This document shows positions 53,757 through 64,000 of a DNA stretch of 64,000 nt, one piece after another. This DNA is from Phoronis australis (taxonomy: Eukaryota; Animalia; Phoronida): the NCBI GenBank assembly GCA_002633005.1, contig NMRA01000668.1, positions 153,283 to 217,282 of the forward strand, written 5' to 3'. A program made the translations under genes and the position numbers. Numbering within the stretch: the first letter of the stretch is position 1; each line of letters starts with the position of its first letter. Under the pieces are notes generated by a model that saw only the letters and a list, made by a program, of their open reading frames with translations, made no database searches and was not told where the DNA came from.

Positions 53757-55259
53757 AGCGGATTTGCAGCGACGCCAAATTGAAATTAGGTTAAAATGGT
53801 GCATTGTGGGTGCTGTGGTCAGGATTCCGAAAGCGGCCATAGTAACAAGCATAATACGCGGTATGAGCGCGAAGAAAATTTACGGCGGATACACTTGTTG
53901 TGTTCCTGGCTGCTTCAAAAACAACAAGAGAGGTAAAAACCTGAGTTTGTATGTGTTCCCTGCAAACCAAGAACTTCGTGAAAAATGGATAAACAACATT
54001 AGGAGACCTGGGAGTAAGGGGAAATTTAGCGCATTCAAACGAACGCGGGGCCATCTAGTAGGCAACACGTAGCCCCTCGGTTGGCCATGTAGGGGCTACA
54101 ATACTTCCATTCGCTTTCTGTACTCATTTCGTTACTCCAGTGTATTTTAAACGGGCCGTGACCGGATTTGGGTTACCGATTTCGAGTTTTCACCTCGTCA
54201 AAAATACACTCTACACTTAAAACTATCATTTAAAAAACGCTTACTTTCATCATTGGTCCTTTCTACTTCTATACATATCTTTAATGAAGCTTAGTTGTGA
54301 CAATTAAGTTGACTTTGGCGAAGAATTACAACTCCACTTTTTTGGTTGCCGTTAATTTTATCACCGCGTGCGCGATAACTACAAAGCATGTCAACTGAAT
54401 CCCGTGAGTTAGGCGCAAGGTTAGACTGAGCGAAGCGCGTGACGCTAGCGCGCGACACTTGTAAAATAGCATGAGAAGGTATCGGGTGAAACTTGTAAGA
54501 TGTGTGTCCCTTGGACTTTTTATTCGTCAACATGCGTAATTTCACGTAACTTCCTCAAAATGGCACCCGGTAACCGTGACTGAGAGAAACTCGAACAAAC
54601 CGCGACAGATTTTCATCGATTCGTTCAAGTTTTGCTGACTAAATTGTATCCAGAGTCGTGGTATGTGTTAATTATAACTCCGTGTTCCTATATGTATGCC
54701 GGGTTCATTTGATTTTATTTGCTGTATTTTGAAATGAGTAACTTTTTGTGAGGATGTACTATCGCCCCTGAATGCCTGCGGCATCCAGTGCGATGTAATT
54801 GCCTAGGGGCCATCGTGTGTGCAGCGAACATTTTCCTGGTGGAAAAAAGACTTATGAGAACAACATTCCGACGGAGTTTCCACTTAAAATTAACGTCTCT
54901 AGCATATCCACGACGAAAGCTACAAAAGTTAAGCAACCTAAGAACTCTCAACTTGTCTGAAATAGGAGGAGATTTCGAAATCAACGCCGATAACCCCAAT
55001 ACTGAACACGGCGACAGTCGTGCTCTCGGTCACACGGTCACTGATCATAGCTACGCTGTGTTTACAAACGAGAGAGAGGACTTGCTTGGTATTATAAAGC
55101 AAAAAATGAAACATGGATTTTAGTTTGCAAATCACTCCAAATGCACACACTATCCAGCCTGCTCAAGACATGCCTGACCACAAGCTATCCCATGAGCCTT
55201 CGCGAAGGAAGTAACTCGCACATGCGCAATGCGTAGTTCGTCTGCGCTGCAAATCCGCT
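53757..55259 (+). mobile_element. Second ISL2EU-like family element encoding a THAP domain and an HCF-1-binding motif
   Basis: 15-bp TIR AGCGGATTTGCAGCG, AT duplication in a CAATTG context; [17 protein letters not shown]...W...GH / RVCSEHF...IPT; downstream DHSY. Confidence 0.85.
54056..54805. mobile_element. 750-bp insertion with TAG...CTA ends and 9-bp TSD GGGGCCATC
   Basis: GGGGCCATC|TAGTAGGCAAC...AATTGCCTA|GGGGCCATC; removing it restores the THAP frame KRTRGHRVCSEHF. Confidence 0.85.
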
Positions 55260-56371
55260 ATTGTTAGCGTATTGCCATTCAACAAATTATTATGCAATTA
55301 TTGAAAAGTCAAACCATAGACTAGCCGATATTACAATGACCTATGGGTCACCAAGCACTTCAACTGAGTTTGAACAATTATGATCAGAACGTGTTTTAAT
55401 AACGAAATTTTAGGAAGTTTGTTAGGTAACGAAATGAAAAGTTCTAAGATCTTGGAATCGCCTTAAATTAATAATCAGACACTACTGGTAAAATGAGATA
55501 ATTTATACGACTTAACGTGCAGAATTACCCCCCCTGATGTTACAGTAACACGCTTTAAAAACTTGGCGCAATCATATGCATATTGTTTACTTGAATAGCT
55601 CGGGTGCCAGAGGCAAACAACCCTACCTAACCGGCTCACAACAATTGTTAGACTGACTGACTTCGCACCAAAATGAGCAATAAATACACTGAACTAGTAA
55701 AAACGAAATAACGAAAAAACAGTTTACGCCTTTCTTGCTCTGGCCGTGGAAGCCCCCGAGCGCGGATTTCGTTTGATGAAACTGCACTCGCTACCGGGCC
55801 GAGAAGCGTACAAGCTAAAATGTAACGATCCTGAAGGTGTGACTATCTCGTCGATCACTACGTCCGCCCATCTGACGTCATGCAGCTCGACCACTGCCTG
55901 CACTTTCTTGCTGCACTTAAACTCCGCCAAAGTAGCCGTCTATTTGAAAATCATCACACCGGAAAACAAACTTTCATCAAATCACTACCGTAATTAATGA
56001 GCGGGTAATATAGTTTCAAAAGTTATGCCAACGTAACGGAACGTTCTATATTATGCGATACTAATCGACCAGATTCTTTTCAAAGACCTTTAAAACACAT
56101 GTTTTGTTTTTGAAAACTTTTAGAACAGAATGAACTAAACAAGTCGAAAAGCGTAGATAAGTATTAATACGCGCTCAGGACCAGAGCCGAAGTACTTTGA
56201 ACAGCGCCTCAACAAACAACAAATTCTTAAGTATAACGTATGGTTTTTCAGCATTTTTCGTCACGAATTCGTATAAGAAATCAAAAGTCACCTCCGACTA
56301 AAACTTGAAGAGTTGTATTTTGTAACTGAAAACAACAAGGCTGAAGTAATAAAGTTTTATGACCGGTTAAT

Positions 56372-58244
56372 AGCGGAGTTGCAACCGAATGGATTTAACG
56401 TTTACGCATGTTCGGAAATTAGGGCGCGCAAAGGCTACTGGGATTGATTAGGGTATGTGGAATGGCCGATTGCTTTGCACAACGTGTGATTTGTGTGCAT
56501 TAAACTACGTTGCTGTATGTAATTCTGCCGCTATTCGCCCTTATAAGCACCCATGCCCCAATAAGTGCCCCAACACGTTTTCAGACTTCGCTAAAGTAAG
56601 CGCCCAGCCCATGGACTACATATGAAAAATGCCTTACCTATATAGTTCTCACGTCTCCAAAGTTTTGCTACTCTTGGGAGGGATGTGCTCACTACGCAGG
56701 TCGGGACTTTGAAAAGAGACGCAGCGTACTTGTCAGCGGGATTGCATTGTTTCTTTCTGTACAGGTCTTCTCCGGCCTCAACAGGAATCTAAATTTTTCT
56801 TTGTACACATGAAAACCGTGAAACGAAGACTAATAAAAAAACTCGACCAGTGTTAGCACGCGGCCAAGAAGCGCGCGCTGCATAATGTACCGGCTGTCAT
56901 CGAAGGTATTTAGTGGGGAACTATCTATTCATGAAACGGTTAACATAGCATCGGCAAGAAATAAATATTGGCACTAATTTCCGAACGTTTCTTATACTGT
57001 AAAAACCTTTTGCGTTGTTTTTAAGAGAAATTATTTAACTAATCATAGTTGATGTTTTTAAATTCAAAATGACCCACTGATAGTGAACACATTCGCACCC
57101 TTACACACCAAATCTTCCGGAAAATAGCTGTTACATTACGGTCACTCATCCCCTCACTCGGCAACTGAATGAGTGACATATCGGTCTTACCTAAACAATT
57201 CTCAAACGTTTTTTAGCAGATGAGGCCAGCAAGTGCTAAGCTAAATATTAAAACACGCTCTGCTTGACTGCTTAATTGAGTTAATTTCTTTGGATACAAT
57301 GCACACCTAGATCATTACATCACATTTACTCTAGCAAATGAACTCTGATGGCAAGCACACGCACGCTTTCACACACACGCATACAAACTTCAAAAGAAAA
57401 GTCACGTGACAACAACACGTGTGTTCCTCCGGAGATTTTTTTCGTAATGCGGGCTACAATATAGCGCAGATTTGGACTTAATCTGCAGTTAATCCAGACT
57501 CCACAAGAGCTTAAAAACCTCAGAGACGCTATTTGGAAAACTTGAGGAGGATTTCAGGTAATTTGTTGAGTCGAAGCTGTATTCTTATTCAAGAATTCAA
57601 GCCCTGTCGACAATTGCGAGACCGGCAGCTACGCATTTGTCGGCGAGATTTCGCCTTAATATTTCAGCACAATTTTCTGAAAAATTATCGTAACTTAACA
57701 ACGAATTTTGATAGCAATGCACCACAATTTTATACGCTTTATCTTAGCGCGTTAATGCATATAGTGTGCGTACGTTAAGTGAGTCGACCCAGAACAGGTG
57801 ATTGTGCAGAGGCATTATCCTCAAAATTGCTCATGTTGGCTTGGCTCTGGTCAAGCGAAAACACCATCTGCCGTGGAGTATTTGTTACTGTTTCTTTTAA
57901 GAGAAATATTGTTTGACAGTTTCCAAGATACGTTTTCTTGCCGCTCTGAAAATGAGCGCTGCATACTTTATGCTACGAAGTCGGAAAGAATTTACTAAGC
58001 TGGCCTTTGCTACCAGCTGTATCGATGTGTCTGACCCGTGTTTAACGTAGTTTTTGATCCTTGGGAAACAGGTAGTAACTAAATTCTTTATCTCGCTAAC
58101 TGGTATTATAGCAGCCAGGCACACAACACGTATAACCTTCCCGTGGCCGGTTCGCTCCCACGCTTGCCGACGTACTTATTTACCGGCTTAACCACAATGC
58201 AACATTCTGACCTAATTCCAATATGGCGGCGTTGCAACTCCGCT
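56372..58244 (-). mobile_element. Gap-free copy of the ISL2EU-like non-autonomous element (inverted relative to 42057-43506)
   Basis: AT|AGCGGAGTTGCAAC...GTTGCAACTCCGCT|AT; minus-strand THAP relic [30 protein letters not shown]...PTS*HKVCSAHF. Confidence 0.88.
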
Positions 58245-58659
58245 ATTGACAGTGTGCAAAGATCACACAACAAAGCTAGTTACGAATGGAGATCATACGC
58301 TGATAAATCCCTCTGAAATCTCTTGTGCACTACGAAACACTTCGCTTCGTAAAACGTCACGCTTTCGAGCTTAATTTCACCAGGGTTTGTTACGATATGC
58401 TGTCCTCTTCACTGGGTGTCCAACTGGGCCTGTATTCACTCCCACTACTCAACTTCGCTGCAGAGTTGTTTAGGAGGTTATGGGCTAGAGAGAACAGCAT
58501 AGGAATAATCACTTCTAGTTCCCGGATTTGCATGCTCAGGGGGTACGTTCGGAGGCACGGGTGACAGTAGATGAAGTGCCTCCAGTCATTGTAGTGGCCA
58601 CAGCTCGCGAGTCTTCTCGCCTCAAGAAACGCACCTCTCGATGGTGGTGACGGGGCACT

Positions 58660-58954
58660 GCCGGAAATCAGCAGTGACGGTATGTTACCCTTCTTCAGTC
58701 GTTGTTTCGCAGGGACCTTCATCTGTTCAGTGTACATATTTTTTCGCAATTTGACGGCAGGAAATGCTTGCCACACACTCGGGCTAACCATCTACTGCTT
58801 TAAACTTTGGATGGACAGGTAACGCTACGTTCTTCACACGAACCAGCCAAGTACGATGAGGTGTGTCATCCTTCAGAAAGCGAGGCAAAGGTACTCCCAA
58901 AGCACGCGTGAGACGATAATGAGTAGATCCCGGTACGAAGCAACAATGTGGCAT
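58660..58954 (-). pseudogene. Decayed THAP domain of the Kolobok-like element
   Basis: MPHCCFVPGS...RFLKDD...TWLVRVK.../ARVCGKHF.../QRLKKGNIPSL, with frameshifts and a stop. Confidence 0.75.
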
Positions 58955-59771
58955 GTTGACTGACTTGTAAGCAAAAGCAAACGACAACCGAAGTTATCAC
59001 AACTGAGGTAGAACAACGACTGACTCGACAGCTCTCACAGTCAGACTACTGTATATGAAAAGAAAGTGGCGCGAAATTCTTGCCTCCCAAAACGTCACTT
59101 CCTGTGTAGAGGACAAGCAATCAATTCAAGTACAAAAAACTGCAATTAAGTGAAACATATGCCTGGGATAATCAACGAAGCTTATTTTTTGTTAAAAATG
59201 ACATAACGAAAGGTTGCCTTCGCGTTTAAGTGTTCTATCATCTCATACTCATCGAAACTCTGACTTGTAACACATAGAAAACACATCAATACAGTGATAA
59301 ATGGGAAGTTTGCACACCGTAGCCTTTGACTGTGGTTGATATCGAGCTACGGGTAGGATACTTTAGTTTCCCATCCGTAAGTTGAATGTAATGCATATGT
59401 GTACCATACAAGTGTGGTTGATCAAGCTTTTGGTCAAAGTTAAGTTTCGGAGATCGGAATCATTGATCAAAAGAAGCAAAAATGAAACCATAGTCTACAT
59501 CACATTACAATTGTTTGCCATTGTCACACAAAATCAGGAGTAACGCAAAGCGCTCACGACTGCACCTTGATCGGACAGTGGTGTTCATAATATGATTTCT
59601 CTCCAATTACGGAAGGAGATATTTATTCCATCCGGTATGTTAGTAATTCACTTAGCTACAGGCTCAGCTAACTACAAAACAAAACTGAAATTTTGATCAT
59701 TTGATGATTTCACATCTTATTTTGGATCACTAGAGAAATGATAACAACATGAAAGTGTTTGTAAAATGTAT

Positions 59772-60211
59772 TTTCTTCAAGATGTAACGTGACATAGATT
59801 GTTCTGTATTTTACAAATCATAAATGCTTCTCTGAACTGAAGTTTTTGAATTGTTTTCTCACGTGTTTAGTGTTCATGGTAAAATACCTGAACGTCAGCT
59901 TAATGAGATACATAAGCTTGCAGACCACGTTGATGTGGGGTCAATGAGGCTGGACCTGTTGTAGCTGTAGCGACTGACCTCCCTTTCCTTCCTCTACCTC
60001 CTCTTATACTTCCACCTCTCCTTGTTCTCCTTTCTCTCCCACACACCCTATGTAAATATACAGGCCTTTTAAATTTTACATAAATTCTCAAAGTTCATCA
60101 AAAGCCATGCATAACGTTGTATGTAATTTCCAAACCAAAGCAAATGCTTTAAACAGGACTGGTAATGTGTGAAAAATTGTGTTTGCGACTGCTTTCCATT
60201 AACGAGTTCTC
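59772..60211. repeat. Inverted diverged copy of 860-1317
   Basis: The reverse complement aligns collinearly with 860-1317. Confidence 0.85.
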
Positions 60212-61852
60212 AGCCCCAGTTTGTTAGTCTAAGCTGTTGTCACGTTTACCCCTTGGATAGGTGGGCGCAGGTTGCCACTGACAGATGCTAATAGCTTTTT
60301 GATGCAATAGTAGACTGAACTCTGGTTCAAGTTAATCACTTTCTTAATCTTGACTGTATGTTCACAAGTTCATTCAAACAAAACGTACAAGGTCAGTCAG
60401 TGTTACAAAGCCTTGACTTGTAAATCACTTCCAGCACCTGCTACACTCGTTGGGTTTAATAACACATTACCTTTGACAACTCTTTGTACCCTAATCACAC
60501 CTGAATTGTTTGCAAATGTTCTGTGCAAATGAAACTGTGCAACGACTGACGTTGGAACCGATGAATAATGCCGTGATCTATGGCATTACCTCGACCTTCT
60601 GTTATTTCTCGTCTGGAATAATAATGAGATGTAAGGTTGGACAGTAGAAAAATTATTTTCTATTATTGTTACTGAAATTTCTTAAGTTTTTAATAGGGCC
60701 AATTTGCCTGAAGTTGACAACCAATTTATCATTCCCTTCGTCCAAAAGTGTGTGGATTGATTCTGTCATTTTCTTTTTCAGCACAGTTATGTTGCTCATA
60801 TAGCATGAACTCACATTACGTAACTTTGTATCCTTTCATGAGTCAATGCATCATTGATTTTTCATTGTAGTCAGATGTAAACGTGGAGGTCAGCTCAATA
60901 AAACAAAAGTTGATTGCAAACCACAGATTTGAGCAAACTCCTAAACTGCTAAGTGTTTGTAATTAAAGTCATCGAAAATGTGTAGCATACTTTGAAGAAA
61001 ATCATGATTATTTAGATGATGATTATGTTCAATAAAATAAAACAAAACGTTTTGAATGTTGTTGGGTCTCAGTGTACATCATGACTCATATGACAAACTA
61101 CAACTGGGTGAACAATTGGGTCAGTTATATATTTACCACCAGTCGTTGAAACAGATGTGTCTTTGACTTTTCATCTCCCCATCTTTCCATGCAATGACAA
61201 TGTAAAGCATCAGATGACTAAAGTTAACAGCTTTTGAGAAATTAGCAGATAAACAGTGTTTTAGGCTCAAAATTTTTTCGAAATTTAACATTTTTTAGAA
61301 ATGTAAATATAAAAAATCACCGAATAGCGAATGTGCAAATCCGCCATATTTGATTTTGCCGCCGCAGTTGCATTGGGGGAAATGTATGCTTCTATCAATA
61401 AGACAAGCGATTGTGTACAGTGTTGCCGGGTGTTGTTGCAACGAATGTTTAGCCCAGAAGCGGTTAATAAGTTTATTTTATTTGAATTCTTATCAAAAAT
61501 TAATTTTAAACGAATAACTAGTGCAGGAAACATGCAACTGTATTTTATTGTAGAAATGTTTTGGAAATGAATTAAGTCAAAGTTGCCGCACCCCACCTCC
61601 GCCGACTGTGACTCCGAGGCCCAGTCTGCAACCTCCGTCAGGTTCATACTCATACTCGAGATTTCATACTCAAAATCGCCGGTGCTCACTGGAGTCATTC
61701 TCAAAAAATCGTATTTAATGTCGCACTTCGAGTAGACTCCACACGTAACCAAATATGAGAATCGTACTCGACTTCAGTTATGATGGGAAATGCAAAATCA
61801 CGAAAAGTCGCGCTGATTCAACGCTCCCTCTATTCGCATCGAGACTAGCAAC

Positions 61853-61970
61853 TGTTGAGTAGTTAGTTATGTAACTGTTAGGTGGCGCTAGTGGAGGGAG
61901 TTGGAATAAAGATGGCTTCCGTCTAAGACTGTGTTTATTTTATCACATACAAAATCCGTCAACATCAACT
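61853..61970 (+). mobile_element. Short 5' LTR of a Gypsy-type retrotransposon
   Basis: TGTTGA...TCAAC(A/T) ends (3' end at 61964 or 61970), internal AATAAA, directly followed by a primer-binding site and a gag-like ORF. Confidence 0.65.
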
Positions 61971-61988
61971 TGGTGTCAGGAGTGGGAT
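61971..61988 (+). promoter_or_regulatory. Primer-binding site complementary to the tRNA-Leu 3' end
   Basis: TGGTGTCAGGAGTGGGAT is the reverse complement of ATCCCACTCCTGACACCA, the 3' end of eukaryotic tRNA-Leu(CAG). Confidence 0.85.
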
Positions 61989-61996
61989 CGCGAAAA

Positions 61997-62325
61997 ATGT
62001 CAAAAACTAAACCACCAAAGCTTGATCTGCAGGCTTGTGATGACAAGCGAGAGTCAGTTGAATTGTGGTTAGAGGTATTTGGAGATTTTTGCACACTGCA
62101 GGGTTGGCGGAAATCTGAGTATGAAGCAGACGACAGGAGACATTGGAAGCCGGAGTGTTATGCCGAGGAAATTTGCGCATTTCGTCTAGCTCTTCCCATG
62201 GAAGTGTTGAAAATATTAAAGACTACTCTCGTGCCAGCAATGACTGACACTCCGCCTGAGGACGGGTTTGATGACTTGTATAAAGGTTTTCCGTGGACGT
62301 GGCAGTCTATGTTACTAAAGCAGTA
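61997..62325 (+). CDS. gag: Gag N-terminus of an LTR retrotransposon, cut off by the assembly gap
   Basis: Open frame MSKTKPPKLDL...ELWLEVFGDFCTLQG starts just after the PBS; the PPxLD...W...F pattern is typical of Mag-like Gypsy Gag. Confidence 0.7.
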
Positions 62326-64000
62326 NNNNNNNNNNNNNNNNNNNNNNNNNNNNNNNNNNNNNNNNNNNNNNNNTTAAGAGCATGTTCGCGAATAGACCAG
62401 GCAGAGGGTGATAAACGCTATGTCACAGATTCTCTTTATATTTTGTTTGTGAGATGACATTGGCCCCACTGACTCCAGACCAACTTTATTTTTTTTCAAA
62501 ACGCCCCCTTTTGGTTTCCATGGATACTATTTGTTTCCGACAAGTTTTCAGCCTGGCGGTAGTTAAATTTTAGTAAAATTCCGACAGTTACGTTACGCAG
62601 TGGAAGTAACGTTGAAATATTGAACCTGTGTTATTGATCAGGTGTCACCTTCGACTACTTTATTCATGAAAATTTAAAAGATTTCAATAATTTTTGTCTA
62701 TTTTTAGAGCCGCATAAGATGAGTACTTTTAGGGATTTTTGAAACTGTCAAAATTGGCTAAATTCGTATCCCGATATCTCAGCTGGCACAGGTTTCAGAA
62801 CATTTTAGTGCCAACCAGTGTGTTGAGCTATTTTAGGTCTACAAAATAAGACAAAAAAATTTCCTGGCGCGAACGGATTTCATGTCATTTGAAGTAAAAA
62901 ATGACTGGTGGTTACGCCATTTCACCACAATGAGTAATGCCGACAAACGTCAACAAAACGTGAACATTTGTTAATATTTGGCCAGCAAACGGCGAATCAA
63001 TTTATCATTCATCAAATTTTGTATTTTCTAGGCACCGAGGGTACACTACTTTATTTCTAAAAAGTGCTCATAGTCATGGAATTAGGATACTTACTACACA
63101 AATAGCAGTAGTTTTGGCATGACACCTTTTGCGAGAGTCGAAATTCAAAGCTCACTGGTTTTACAAAGCTCAGTAATCTTATTTGCACTGCTAAAAACTA
63201 AAAGAAACACCGCCGACAAATCATTTTCATAACATTTTTATCTGTGACTGTCCTGTTTACAAAGATGCTTACTGTGGGTTAGCTGTGGAGTGTGTCTGAA
63301 CAAACATTTCTTTAGAAATATTCAAGTGGTTTTGATGCAGGGCGTTGAAAGCGGAGGACAGTGTCAAGGTGAAAGATTCATTGGCAATTACAGGCAAATG
63401 CAAAACCACTGGTCAGCCGCCAGTGTCCCAATAACTTCACTTTTGAAGTGGTATGGCTGGCTAATGTTATCATTTTGCTATCTGCGCGCATTTTGCTGTG
63501 ATTGACACCAGTGAAAAATGGGAGACTTTCGAGTAGCAATGGGGGCTGACAACATGGAACCAGCTACCAGTGAGAAGATACTTCACCTGAGCAGAGGGAG
63601 TCACAGAGGAACGTACTTGAATACGTGTGTGTGTGACTAGATGTGAGAAGTCTAAAGAGTGAATTCATATTACTTCCCAGTCCTCCAGAGGGCAAACGTA
63701 CATGTATCCTGTTCCAGGTGATCAGCTGTTCCTTGACTATATACATGCCTCATGTTGGAAACATGATCCACTGCAGAGGTCATGTGAAAGAAGTGACTGA
63801 TAAAGGCTGCTTTCAGTATGAAGTCCATAAATACTCGACAAGTATTTTAATGTAGCTCATGTTTTTCCATGACGTCTCAGCAGACAAACAATATACAGCA
63901 TATAAACTTTGGAACTCAGTTCAGAATATAACTTCATGCACATTGGGTTCTAACTGCTAATTAGTCTTCGAGGTGCTTTAATAGCAAGACTACCAACTTT

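Larger units (their letters stand above)
51397..59225 (-). mobile_element. Kolobok-like DNA transposon with TTAA TSD, carrying nested insertions
   Basis: About 70-bp imperfect TIRs (AGGCGAGCAACCATTTTCATGTCCTTTTTAGCAAAATTAAGTTACGTTGATAATCCCAGACATAT versus the reverse complement of 59155-59225); TTAA on both sides; single TTAA at the empty site near 44568; THAP relic at 58660-58954. Confidence 0.85.
46185..59590. repeat. Tandem segmental duplication, copy B (interrupted by a 7.8-kb transposon block)
   Basis: Homology to copy A stops at 51396 and resumes at 59226 with TTAAGTGTTCTATCATCTCATACT. Confidence 0.88.

Overview
AT-rich eukaryotic genomic DNA, most likely from a marine invertebrate (inferred from the transposon repertoire and the frequent TACATGTA palindrome), with two N gaps (42429-43151, 62326-62373). 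I found no prokaryotic features, rRNA/tRNA genes or CRISPR array. The only convincing intact host gene is an intronless rhodopsin-family orphan GPCR (47371-48531, minus). It has unusual substitutions at the sodium-pocket and activation positions (D2.50H, NPxxY to HPxxC, Y5.58N). It lies in an old tandem segmental duplication (about 37550-44945 versus 46185-59590), and the other copy carries a pseudogenised paralog (39228-40338). Comparing the two copies gives empty versus filled sites that define four DNA-transposon insertions with different target-site duplications (AT, TTAA, 5 bp, 7 bp). One of these is a 7.8-kb Kolobok-like element containing nested THAP-encoding ISL2EU-like elements, one of which is split by a 9-bp-TSD insertion. 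Also present: an RTE-clade LINE that lacks its endonuclease but keeps a probable 5' UTR and a 12-bp TSD, the 5' end of a Gypsy LTR element, LINE relics, several MITEs, a 90-bp minisatellite and a perfect 31-bp-arm palindrome. I cannot support a wholly new biological system. The non-canonical GPCR and the nested THAP-transposon cluster are the best leads. All family assignments are by eye, with no database searches.
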